Under the pieces are notes generated by a model, which was not told where the DNA came from, did no database searches, and saw nothing but the letters and a program-made list of their open reading frames with translations. A stretch of 64,000 nucleotides of DNA. Origin: Verrucomicrobium spinosum DSM 4136 = JCM 18804. Lineage in GTDB: Bacteria; Verrucomicrobiota; Verrucomicrobiia; Verrucomicrobiales; Verrucomicrobiaceae. The DNA lies in NCBI RefSeq assembly GCF_000172155.1, contig NZ_ABIZ01000001.1, positions 2,139,105 through 2,203,104 on the forward strand, written 5' to 3'. The position numbers were made by a program, and so were the translations under genes. This document shows positions 1 to 8,743 of the stretch, piece by piece; position 1 is the first letter of the stretch, and each line of letters opens with the position of its first letter.

Positions 1-294
1 CGGTATTCACTGACGGATCAGGTAAGAAGAAGCTCACGGGCCGTTGGAGCCAACATTGCTGAAGCCTGGTCCAAGAGGCGGTATGAAGCCCACTTTTTGA
101 GCAAGCTCACAGATGCCGATGGCGAGTTGCAAGAGACCCTCCACTGGCTGCGCACCGCCTACTCCTGCAAATACCTTTCCAAAGAAACGTGTGAAACCCT
201 CGTCAACCAGGCTTCTGAATTGGGGCGCATCCTTGGTTCCATGATAACCAACCATCGCAGATTCTGCATCATGCCCCCGACGTCGGAACACTGA
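1..294 (+). CDS. Four-helix-bundle protein (23S rRNA intervening-sequence protein family, TIGR02436-like); 5' end lies outside the window
   Basis: Frame-1 translation from position 1 (…GANIAEAWSKRRYEAHFLSKLTDADGELQETLHWLRTAYSCKYLSKETCETLVNQASELGRILGSMITN…) matches the conserved C-terminal helices of the family. Stop at 292-294. Confidence 0.65.
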   Translation, partial: RYSLTDQVRRSSRAVGANIAEAWSKRRYEAHFLSKLTDADGELQETLHWLRTAYSCKYLSKETCETLVNQASELGRILGSMITNHRRFCIMPPTSEH

Positions 295-344
295 CGCACT
301 GGCAACTGCCCACTGCCCACTGAACTCCTCCCCCCTGACTCCCC

Positions 345-1850
345 ATGTCCTCACCTGCCACAACAGCCCCTCTGAATACCCTCCCGCCTCCAGACTTTTC
401 CGATTGGCTCAGTCCTATCTTGGTCAAAGAACTCCGGCAGGGGTTGAAGACGAAGGCGTTTATTGCCATCTTCATTCTGGTGCAGGTGGTCATGACGTTG
501 CTGGTGGGCATGCAGCTGCTGGCGCTGGCCAACGGGGCTTCGCGAGGCGCGATGGTGGGCTTCGACGGATTCTTCTGGGCCTTTGTCTGGATTCCTCTGC
601 TGGTGCTGATGCCGGCGCGGGGGCTGTTGGCGGTGAGTGATGAGGTGAAGGCGAACACGCTGGACCTTGTGCAGCTCACCCGGATGAGTGCCTTCCGCAT
701 TGTGCTGGGGAAGTGGGTGGCGCTGGTGGCGCAGTCGTTGTTGCTGGTGGCGGCGGTGCTGCCCTATGCGGTGCTGCGTTACTTCTTCGGCCAGGTGAAC
801 GTGGTGGATGATCTGACGGTCATCGCCGTCATGGTGGCGGTTTCTTTTGTGTTCACGGCCTTCGCCGTGGCGCTCTCCAGTGCGCCCATGGTGTTTCGCA
901 TCATCGCCCTGGTGGTGTTTCTGCCCTTTATGTTTTCCGTCGGCATCAGCAGCCTGTTTGCCAACCGCCTTGGATTCATGGGCATGTCAGGCAGTGCGCC
1001 TTCGGTCTGGTTGATCGTCACGGTGGTGGGGCTCTATGTGTACCTGCTGCTGGAGATTGCGGCCACCCGGATTGCCCCAGTTTCCGAGAACCATTCGGCG
1101 CGGAAGCGTCTGACGGCCCTGGGCATGGCGGTGGTGGCCAATGTGCTGGCCTACACGGCGGATGAAGATGTGTCTGGCTTGTGGTTTCTGCTGTGCACCC
1201 CCATCTGGGGATGGATTATCCTGGAGGCGCTGTGTGAGCACACGGTGCGCCTGCCCAGCCTGTATTCGTCGTGGGCACGGCGGGGGCTTATGGGCCGGAT
1301 TGCGGGCCGGGTGCTTTATCCGGGTTGGGCGACAGCCCTGCTCTTCACGGGCATCCTGTACATCGCCCAGTTCAATGCGGTGTATCAGATCTCGCAGCAG
1401 GCCGGGTCCGGCCTGACCGATCTGAAGCAGATGGAGCTGATCGTCACCTTTGTGCTGATCTATGCCTCGGCCATCGCCCCGTTGCCGGTGTTGCTCCTGT
1501 TCCCGCGCGTGCGCCAGCCGATCTGGTTGTATGTGCTGATTCAGGCGCTCTTTGGCCTGCTGTTTGCCATTGCCTCCATTGTGGCGGGCACTCCTGGGGT
1601 GACCAAGGAAGCGGCCTACCGTTGGCTGGCCCCGTTCCCCCCCAGTGCTCTGTTCGCGTTCATGGAGGGGGGCACAGATGGCACACCGCTGGACTTCTAT
1701 TTCAAGGTGACGCTGGCGGTGGTGGTCGTGTTGGTGGGTTATCTGGGCTTCCGCATGATCAAGGAGTTTCGCGCCATCTCAGGCCTGGAAGATCAATCAC
1801 GGCCTGATGGCGAGGACCGCGTCACCCCAGCCTCACAGTCATCCTCATGA
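345..1850 (+). CDS. Polytopic membrane protein, ABC-2 family permease-like (NosY/GldF-type)
   Basis: 501 aa, at least 12 hydrophobic segments. N-terminal PILVKELRQGLKTKAF and EVKANTLDLVQLTRMSAFRIVLGKW resemble ABC-2 permease signatures. Overlaps the next gene start by 4 bp (ATGA). Confidence 0.45.
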   Translation: MSSPATTAPLNTLPPPDFSDWLSPILVKELRQGLKTKAFIAIFILVQVVMTLLVGMQLLALANGASRGAMVGFDGFFWAFVWIPLLVLMPARGLLAVSDEVKANTLDLVQLTRMSAFRIVLGKWVALVAQSLLLVAAVLPYAVLRYFFGQVNVVDDLTVIAVMVAVSFVFTAFAVALSSAPMVFRIIALVVFLPFMFSVGISSLFANRLGFMGMSGSAPSVWLIVTVVGLYVYLLLEIAATRIAPVSENHSARKRLTALGMAVVANVLAYTADEDVSGLWFLLCTPIWGWIILEALCEHTVRLPSLYSSWARRGLMGRIAGRVLYPGWATALLFTGILYIAQFNAVYQISQQAGSGLTDLKQMELIVTFVLIYASAIAPLPVLLLFPRVRQPIWLYVLIQALFGLLFAIASIVAGTPGVTKEAAYRWLAPFPPSALFAFMEGGTDGTPLDFYFKVTLAVVVVLVGYLGFRMIKEFRAISGLEDQSRPDGEDRVTPASQSSS

Positions 1851-2767
1851 GCACGGCATCACCCCAGATGGATCTGATGGCGGCGGACTTTCGGTCCCCA
1901 GCACTCGCGTCTGTGCACCAGCGGATGAAGGGCGCGGCGGCTGTGGCCCGGCTCCCTTTGCGCAGTGGTCACTGGAGCGGGGTGGCGGGCAGCGTGCTGG
2001 GGCAGGGTACGGGGAGCTCCATCGACTTTCAGGACCAGCGTCCCTACATCCCTGGGGATGACCCGCGCCACATCAACTGGCAGGCCTATGCGCGCACGGG
2101 GAACTACACCATGAAGCTCTACCGTCAGGAGGTGACGCCCAAGGTGGACCTGCTGCTGGACTTGAGCGCCTCCATGTTCCTCACGCCTGCCAAGGCGATG
2201 CGTACCTGGGAACTGGTGTACTTCTGCCTGGAAAGCGCCCTGCGGCTGGGTGCGGCGGTGCGGATTCACGCACTGGGCCGGGATGCGGTGGACGTGCCGC
2301 TCGAGCGGGCGCTGGCGCATGACTGGCCCGGTGGCGAAGTTTCAACGAACCCCAATGTCAAAGCCGATGTCGCAGGGATGTTGGAGCGGTGCCCGCTCCG
2401 CGCAGGATCTCTGCGGGTGCTGGTGAGCGATCTGCTGAGCGAGACCCCGCCGGAGCGGATGATGAACGCCCTACTGCATGGGAAGGGGCGGGCGCTGGTG
2501 TTTGCCCCTTTCTGCATTGAGGAGGCTCATCCGGCCTGGGACGGCAACATCGAGTTCGAAGAGTGCGAGTCGGCCCTTCGCGACAAGCGGCGCGTGGACA
2601 AGGACATCCTCGTCCGCTACCTCCGGGCGTACCAGATGCACTTCTCCCTCTGGCGTGAGCAGGCCGTGCGCCGTGGGGCGGGCCTGGCCAGGGTGGCGGC
2701 AGAGCCTCCCTTCCTGGTTGCCCTCCGGGCGGAGGCACTGAGCGCGGGTGTGGTGGAAATGGGCTGA
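1847..2767 (+). CDS. DUF58 domain protein (MoxR/Bat-associated)
   Basis: IDFQDQRPYIPGDDPRHINWQAYARTGNYTMKLYRQE matches the DUF58 core motif. Translationally coupled to the upstream gene. Confidence 0.75.
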   Translation: MSTASPQMDLMAADFRSPALASVHQRMKGAAAVARLPLRSGHWSGVAGSVLGQGTGSSIDFQDQRPYIPGDDPRHINWQAYARTGNYTMKLYRQEVTPKVDLLLDLSASMFLTPAKAMRTWELVYFCLESALRLGAAVRIHALGRDAVDVPLERALAHDWPGGEVSTNPNVKADVAGMLERCPLRAGSLRVLVSDLLSETPPERMMNALLHGKGRALVFAPFCIEEAHPAWDGNIEFEECESALRDKRRVDKDILVRYLRAYQMHFSLWREQAVRRGAGLARVAAEPPFLVALRAEALSAGVVEMG

Positions 2768-2882
2768 CCCGGACGCGGAGTTGATGTTGAATGAAACTTG
2801 ATCGTCTCCGCCTCGGGTGCCGCCCGAATCGGCTCCATCGTAACCTTCTCTGAATCCTACTAATCCCACTTTTCTCATCCAC

Positions 2883-3290
2883 ATGAAACTGATCCACTTC
2901 ACCGCAGCCGTCCTCCTGACCGTTGCACTGTCCTCCTGCAACAAGAAAACGGGAACCCAAGGCGACAGCACCGGCGCTGTTGTGCCTGCTGAGGACGGCC
3001 CCAGTTGCACGACTGGCGCTGGCGCGGCCCGCAGCCGCATGATCACTGGTGAAGACACCAAGGAAGCGGGGAGCGAGAAGGAGAAGCCTGCGGAGGGCGG
3101 CAGCCGCCTGAAAGAAGCGGCCCCCAATGCGCCTGCCAAGCTGGGCAGCACCGGAACCGAAGACAGCTCCGGTCCTGTCCCGGGTGAAAGCAAGGAGGTG
3201 GAGTTCGAGGTGAAAACCAAGGGCAATGATGACGCCACCCGGGCTGCCCTGGACAAGATCCTGGACAAGACCCCGACTGTGAAGCCCTGA
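2883..3290 (+). CDS. Small secreted lipoprotein
   Basis: Signal peptide with lipobox LSSC (MKLIHFTAAVLLTVALSSC). Low-complexity acidic and Gly-rich mature part. Confidence 0.5.
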   Translation: MKLIHFTAAVLLTVALSSCNKKTGTQGDSTGAVVPAEDGPSCTTGAGAARSRMITGEDTKEAGSEKEKPAEGGSRLKEAAPNAPAKLGSTGTEDSSGPVPGESKEVEFEVKTKGNDDATRAALDKILDKTPTVKP

Positions 3291-3324
3291 TGTGACCCTG
3301 GTGACCGACCGTTGATCCGCCCCC

Positions 3325-5127
3325 ATGCGACTGCTCCTCGCCAATCCTGCCGGCCTCTGGGCCCTCCTGGCCATCCCGGCTGTGTTGGTCATCCACTTCC
3401 TTCAGGAGCGCTCCCGGCGGCTGCGCGTGAGCACGCTCTTCCTCCTGGAAAGAGTGAGGCCGGAGAGCACGGGCGGGGCCAAGTTTGAGCGGCTGCGGAA
3501 CTCGGTGCCTCTCTGGCTCCAGCTCCTGGCGGCGCTCATCTTGACCTGGCTGCTGGTGGAGCCCCGCTGGATCAAGGAAGACTCCCGCCAGACGGTGGTG
3601 GTGGTGCTGGACAGCTCCGTCTCCATGGAGGCGTTCAAGGAGCCAACGCGTGAGCTGCTGGCAGAAAAACTGCGGGGCTGGAGCCGGGCGGCAGCGCGGA
3701 CGGAATGGCACCTGCTGGAGACGGATGTGCGCAAGCCCACTCTCTACACCGGGGCGGAGCTGGCCGGAGTGCTGCGGGCGTATGATGGCTGGAAGCCTGT
3801 GCTGGGCACTCACCGGCCGGATGAAGCCCTGCAAGTGGGCTCGGGTTTGGTGAAAGAACATGGCATCGTCATCTTTGTGACGGATCGCAAAGTGGACGTG
3901 GCTGCCGGAGTGGCGGTGCTCTCTGCGGGAGAGGAGATTGAGAACGTTGGCTGGGCCGGGGTGGAGACGACTCTGGTCAAGCCGGGGGTTGCCGACTCAG
4001 GCGTGAAGTGGTCGGTGCTGGTACGCAACTATGGCAAAGCACCGCAGACCCGCCAGTGGTGGGTGGAGCAGGAGGGGGGCACGGAGCCGAAGCGCTCCAG
4101 TCTGACCTTGGCCCCAGGACAGACCGGAGAACTGGGCGGCGAGCTGCCGCCGGGCGTGGATCGGGCCACGCTGGTGCTGAGCGGAGACCAGTTCACCTGG
4201 GATGATCGCATGCCCTTGCAACGCCCCGTGGAACGGGTGGTGAATCTTGCGTTTGAGGCGGGTTCGGCCCCTGGGGCGGTGCTCAAGAAGATGATGCAGG
4301 CGTTGGATGGCGTGGCCGTGACGCCCGTCACCCAAGCACCTGACCTCACGGTGGCGGAACTGGGCAACCCGGTGAACACGGATGCGGTGCAGATTCTGGG
4401 GGGCGGAGGCGAGAATCTGCCGCTGGACGGCAGCTACACCGTGGCGGAGGACCATCCGCTCACCCGGGACCTCAACTGGATGAGCCTGTTGACTCCTCGT
4501 CCCATGGAGCTGGGCCTGACAGACCGGGACGAACCGTTGCTCTGGAAGGGCGGGCGCCCGCTGGCCCTGCTCCGGCATGACCTCACCGCCACCGGCACGC
4601 CAGTGCGTCGCCTGCTCCTGGCCTGGGACCTCTCCCAGTCGAATGCCGCCCGGCACCCGGCGTTGCTCGTGATGCTGCATCGTTATGTGGAGCAGTTGCG
4701 CCGGGCGAAGCGCGAGCCGTGGGCAGGCAACTTCGAAGCGGGTCAGAATCTGGATGTGCCTCCGCCGCTGGCCGCTTCTGGGGCAGCCCCGGCTGCGCTC
4801 ACGCTGCGTCGCGATGATGGCACTCGCGCAGAGTTCACGGGGCGCGTTCCGGATGGAGTCGGCTTCTTTGACCTGAAGGAAGGTGGTAAAACCATGATCC
4901 GTGGGGCCATTCATTTTGCCGACACTCGTGAAGCAGATTTCCGTGAGGCCGCTCCGCTGGATACAGTGGATGCGCGGCGCTGGGAGGCCGCCCTCAAACA
5001 AACGGAGGCCGATCCGCTGACGGGCCTGTGGGTGCTGCTGGTGCTCGGCTGTCTGCTGGGGGCCTGGGGCTGGCGGTCCGGCCCGGCGCGTGCGTCTGCC
5101 GGCTCCATCGTCGCCGCCCGAAGCTGA
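3325..5127 (+). CDS. BatA-N-terminal-domain (aerotolerance regulator N-terminal) membrane protein
   Basis: N-terminus MRLLLANPAGLWALLAIPAVLVIHFLQERSRRLRVSTLFLL…LQLLAALILTWLLVEPRW has the typical BatA_N architecture. C-terminal TM helix. Confidence 0.65.
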   Translation: MRLLLANPAGLWALLAIPAVLVIHFLQERSRRLRVSTLFLLERVRPESTGGAKFERLRNSVPLWLQLLAALILTWLLVEPRWIKEDSRQTVVVVLDSSVSMEAFKEPTRELLAEKLRGWSRAAARTEWHLLETDVRKPTLYTGAELAGVLRAYDGWKPVLGTHRPDEALQVGSGLVKEHGIVIFVTDRKVDVAAGVAVLSAGEEIENVGWAGVETTLVKPGVADSGVKWSVLVRNYGKAPQTRQWWVEQEGGTEPKRSSLTLAPGQTGELGGELPPGVDRATLVLSGDQFTWDDRMPLQRPVERVVNLAFEAGSAPGAVLKKMMQALDGVAVTPVTQAPDLTVAELGNPVNTDAVQILGGGGENLPLDGSYTVAEDHPLTRDLNWMSLLTPRPMELGLTDRDEPLLWKGGRPLALLRHDLTATGTPVRRLLLAWDLSQSNAARHPALLVMLHRYVEQLRRAKREPWAGNFEAGQNLDVPPPLAASGAAPAALTLRRDDGTRAEFTGRVPDGVGFFDLKEGGKTMIRGAIHFADTREADFREAAPLDTVDARRWEAALKQTEADPLTGLWVLLVLGCLLGAWGWRSGPARASAGSIVAARS

Positions 5128-5162
5128 GCGGCGTGTCTGTTTCCTGAAACTCTGAATTTCTC

Positions 5163-7727
5163 ATGCGTCTCCTTTCCCCTGAATGGTTGCTTCTCATCCC
5201 CGTGCTGGCGGTGGCGGGGTGGTTCTGGCGTGGACTGAAGCTGGCGCGGCCGTTGCGTGTGCTTTGTCTCCTGGTCGTGACCGCTCTGCTGGTGCAGCCG
5301 CAGGTGCGCAAGCAAAGTGATGCGCTGGACCTCTGGGTGCTGGTGGACCAGTCGGAGTCGGCGGGCGATCTGTTGGGCCCCAGAATCTCGGAGTGGGAGA
5401 CCATTCTGGAGAAGTCCCGTCGCCCGTCTGACCGGCTCCACTTTGTGGACTTTGCAGGGGAGGCGGTGACTCGTGGAGCGCAGATTCGCGCGGGCTCCGG
5501 CACCCAGTATGCGGGCCCTCGTGGGGCCACGCGGCTGAAGTCGGCAGCTTCCTATACCCTGGCGCAGATCCCAGAGAGCCGGGCCAGTCGCCTGCTGGTG
5601 CTGACTGACGGTTTCAGTACGGAGCCTCTGGACGGCCTGGCCGAGCGCCTGCGTGAGCAGAGGGTGCCGCTTGACTACCGCCTCGCGGCCCAGAGCACCG
5701 TGGGGGACTGGCGCATTGCCGCGCTGGCCCTGCCGCGTCGCGTCCAGTTGCGTGAGGCCTTCCTGGCTGAGGTGGTGGTGCTGGGGGATCGCGATGGCAA
5801 GATCCCGGTGGAACTGACCCGGAACAACCAGAGCATTGGCCGGCGGGAAGTGGAGGTCATCAATGGCGTGGGACGTCTCCGCTTCACTGATCGTCTCGGC
5901 GTGGCAGGGGCCTTTCACTATGAGGCCCGGCTCATGGCGGCGGATGATGCGGTGGCAGGAAACAATGCGGCCTCCCAGTGGGTGGAGGTGCAGGGCGGCC
6001 CGCGCGTGGTGCTGGCGACTGCGTATGAGAATGACCCCCTGGCCCAGGCGCTCCGGGCCCAGGGGTTCGAGGTTGAAGCCATCACCGATCTGGGCCTGCT
6101 CAATGTGGGCACGCTCACCGGGACCAAGGTGGTGGTGCTCAACAACGTGCCCGCCTACCGCCTGGATCCTCGGTTCACCAAGGCCCTGGATTTCTTTGTC
6201 AACCATCAGGGCGGCGGTCTGGCGATGGTCGGCGGCAAGCACAGCTTCGCCGCGGGTGGCTATTTTGGATCCCCGGTGGAGCCGCTGCTGCCGGTGAGCA
6301 TGGAGTTGAAACAGGAGCACCGGAAGCTGGCGGTGGCCATGGCCATTGTCATGGATCGTTCTGGCAGCATGTCGATGACGGCCCCCGGCACCTCCCTGGT
6401 GAAGATGCAACTGGCCAACGAAGGCGCGGCACGCGGCATCGAACTGCTGGGGGACAGTGACATGGCCTGTGTCTATGCCGTGGACAGTGAGCCGCATGAA
6501 GTGAGTCCGTTGGTGGCGGTGGGGAGCAATCGTGGCACACTCCAGAATGCCGTGCGTCGCGTGGAGAGCACGGGCGGGGGCATCTATGTTTACCAGGGAC
6601 TGAAGCGGGCCTGGGCTGAGCTGGAAAAGGCAAAGGTGGGACAGCGCCACATCATCCTGTTCGCGGATGCGGCAGATGCTGAGGAGCCCGGCGAATACAA
6701 GGCCCTGCTGGAGAAGATGAGCAAGGAGAAGGGGACGGTAAGCGTCATTGGTCTGGGCACGGAGAAAGACAGTGACGCGGATTTCCTGAAGGATGTGGCG
6801 CTGCGCGGCAATGGGCGCATCTTCTTTAACTCCGACCCGAAGGAACTGCCCGCCCTCTTTGCGCAGGAGACGGTGGCCGTGGCGCGTTCAGCCTTCATCG
6901 AGGAGCCCATTGATCTGAAGGGTACCCCGGGTTGGATGGAGATGGCCTCGGGCAATCTGGAATGGCTGTCCAAGGTGGACGGCTACAACCTGAGCTATCT
7001 GCGGCCGGGGGCGACCCAAGCCGCCGTGAGTGGGGATGAGTACGCCGCGCCGCTGGTGGCCTTCTGGCAGCGGGGGGCGGGGCGGGTGGCTACGGTATCG
7101 TTTCCCCTGGGGGGCGATTTCTCGGCCACGACGCGGAGCTGGCCGGGTTACGGTGGGTTTGCCCAGAGCCTGGCCCGTTGGCTGATGGGGGAGACCGTGC
7201 CGCCTGGGGTGGGGCTGCGCACGGCTCTGGAAGGCAGCAAGCTGAGGGCCGATCTGTTCTATGATGAGAGCTGGAATCAGCGCATCGCCGCGCATGCGCC
7301 GGAGCTGGTCCTGGTTCAAGGGGATGACATCCAGGCGGCCCCGGCAGAGTGGGAGCGTCTGGCCCCGGGACACTACCGGGCGACGGTGGAGTTGGTGCCT
7401 GGAACCTATCTGCGTGGGGCGGTGAAGATCGGCGATGCAGCGTTCGCCTTCGGTCCCGTGAATGCCGTCACGAATCCCGAATGGAGCTTTGATCGCAAGC
7501 GGCTTGATGAACTGAAGTCCGTGAGCGCCCGCAGTGGTGGGGCGGAGCGGGTGGACCTGAGCGATGTGTGGAATGCGCCGCGCCCCCCGGCATGGAAGGA
7601 TTTCCAGAGATGGCTGGCAGTGGCTCTCGTGCTGGTCCTGCTGCTGGAGGCCTGGCAGACGCGGACGGGGTGGGGAGTGGGATGGTTCAAGCGGGCAGAC
7701 AAGCAGGCGCCCGAAGCCGTGTCTTGA
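5163..7727 (+). CDS. BatA-like von Willebrand factor A domain membrane protein
   Basis: N-terminal BatA_N-like TM segment. vWA core VAMAIVMDRSGSM…GGGIYVYQGLKRA. GATase1-like block VVVLNNVPAYRLD…GGGLAMVGG. C-terminal TM helix. 854 aa. Confidence 0.7.
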   Translation: MRLLSPEWLLLIPVLAVAGWFWRGLKLARPLRVLCLLVVTALLVQPQVRKQSDALDLWVLVDQSESAGDLLGPRISEWETILEKSRRPSDRLHFVDFAGEAVTRGAQIRAGSGTQYAGPRGATRLKSAASYTLAQIPESRASRLLVLTDGFSTEPLDGLAERLREQRVPLDYRLAAQSTVGDWRIAALALPRRVQLREAFLAEVVVLGDRDGKIPVELTRNNQSIGRREVEVINGVGRLRFTDRLGVAGAFHYEARLMAADDAVAGNNAASQWVEVQGGPRVVLATAYENDPLAQALRAQGFEVEAITDLGLLNVGTLTGTKVVVLNNVPAYRLDPRFTKALDFFVNHQGGGLAMVGGKHSFAAGGYFGSPVEPLLPVSMELKQEHRKLAVAMAIVMDRSGSMSMTAPGTSLVKMQLANEGAARGIELLGDSDMACVYAVDSEPHEVSPLVAVGSNRGTLQNAVRRVESTGGGIYVYQGLKRAWAELEKAKVGQRHIILFADAADAEEPGEYKALLEKMSKEKGTVSVIGLGTEKDSDADFLKDVALRGNGRIFFNSDPKELPALFAQETVAVARSAFIEEPIDLKGTPGWMEMASGNLEWLSKVDGYNLSYLRPGATQAAVSGDEYAAPLVAFWQRGAGRVATVSFPLGGDFSATTRSWPGYGGFAQSLARWLMGETVPPGVGLRTALEGSKLRADLFYDESWNQRIAAHAPELVLVQGDDIQAAPAEWERLAPGHYRATVELVPGTYLRGAVKIGDAAFAFGPVNAVTNPEWSFDRKRLDELKSVSARSGGAERVDLSDVWNAPRPPAWKDFQRWLAVALVLVLLLEAWQTRTGWGVGWFKRADKQAPEAVS

Positions 7728-7783
7728 AGTGTCGATCGCAAGGAATTGTGTTTTACCACGCATGCCTGTAGGCTGCGATCTCC

Positions 7784-8404
7784 ATGAAGCGTTCTTTTTC
7801 CCCTTTGGTTTTCGCCGGTCTTGTTGCCGTGGCCTCGCTGGGCATGGTGGGCTGCAACAGCCGGTTTGAGGTGAATGACAATGTCAGCAACACGGTGCCG
7901 ACAGCAGAGGCGAAGGCCCGGCTGGAGACGTTCATGAAGGAGGAGCTGGAACGTCTCTCCAAAGGCCCCGGTGCCGATCTGTCAGTCATCAAGGCCTGGT
8001 GTACCGTGGAGCTGGCCCATCTGCTGGAGGTTGAGGAAGCCCGCGGCAAGGCCTATGGCGAAGGCTTCGCCGCCGCCAAGGGTGACCCCGCCCATGTGGA
8101 GAAGCCACCGTTTGCCGATTCAGGTTATTTCATCAGTGCCACGATGGAGGGTGAGATGAGCGCGGCGGTGACGGAGGCGGAGGTGGCCAGCAAGGGGGAG
8201 GACAGGAGTCGGGCGCGCTTTGAGGTGAAGTTTACGTCCAGGGCGGATGGCAAGAGTTATGACCAGGGCCAGGAAGTGGTGGTCATGGCTCAGGAGAACG
8301 GAGCTTGGAGGATTGCCGAGGTGGAGTTCTCGGATGGCATGACGCTGACGAAGATGCTGAAGCGGCCAACGTACATGGAGCTGCCGGCTGAGGGGGCGAA
8401 GTGA
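7784..8404 (+). CDS. Hypothetical lipoprotein
   Basis: Signal peptide plus lipobox (LGMVGC). C-terminal NTF2-like flavour (ENGAWRIAEVEF). Confidence 0.5.
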   Translation: MKRSFSPLVFAGLVAVASLGMVGCNSRFEVNDNVSNTVPTAEAKARLETFMKEELERLSKGPGADLSVIKAWCTVELAHLLEVEEARGKAYGEGFAAAKGDPAHVEKPPFADSGYFISATMEGEMSAAVTEAEVASKGEDRSRARFEVKFTSRADGKSYDQGQEVVVMAQENGAWRIAEVEFSDGMTLTKMLKRPTYMELPAEGAK

Positions 8405-8467
8405 CCCAAAGTAGTCACAGGCTTCAGCCTGTTCAGGTGCGTGGCGGATGTGGTGCGTCGCCCGACC

Positions 8468-8578
8468 GCCGCAACTCCTTCGGAGTAGGAGTCATCGTTT
8501 CATGCACCCAACGTAGACTCGGTGGAAGCTCGTCAACGTTGGGCTTGTAGCCGCATCCTCTTCGAGGAACAATGACAA
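8468..8578. repeat. Solo fragment of the 630-bp repeat family (matches 21476-21580 and 22106-22211)
   Basis: ccgcaactccttcggagta…acccaacgtagactcg.tggaagctcgtcaacgttgggcttgtagcc.catcctcttcgaggaa is shared at about 90% identity with the tandem units. Confidence 0.6.
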
Positions 8579-8615
8579 ATGCCAGCGAACGATCCTCTGG
8601 AGCGTCGCGATAGGT

Positions 8616-8742
8616 GTAGTCCGATGGTCCCCATCGGCTCAGTCGCTGCGGGGATGTACAATCAAATGCCGAAGGACGGCAGTGGACCTTATGGTGTTGG
8701 CCTATGCCATCCCTTCGCTCCCCAACCGACGGGGACCGTCGG
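8616..8742. repeat. REPIN-like inverted doublet (GTAG + 7-bp-stem/3-nt-loop hairpins)
   Basis: gtGTAGtCCGATGGtccCCATCGGctcag (8616-8642) and CCGACGGggaCCGTCGGactac (8726-8747) are reverse complements of each other. Located in the 3' UTR of the protease gene. Confidence 0.45.
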
Positions 8743-8743
8743 A

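Noticed and set aside
4911-6650. 579-aa minus-strand ORF, and similar long antisense ORFs (e.g. 13672-15144, 16472-17854, 23950-25269, 31505-32884)
   Set aside because: All lie antisense to genes with clear family signatures and have Arg/Ala/Gly/His-rich composition typical of out-of-frame translation of 60% GC DNA.
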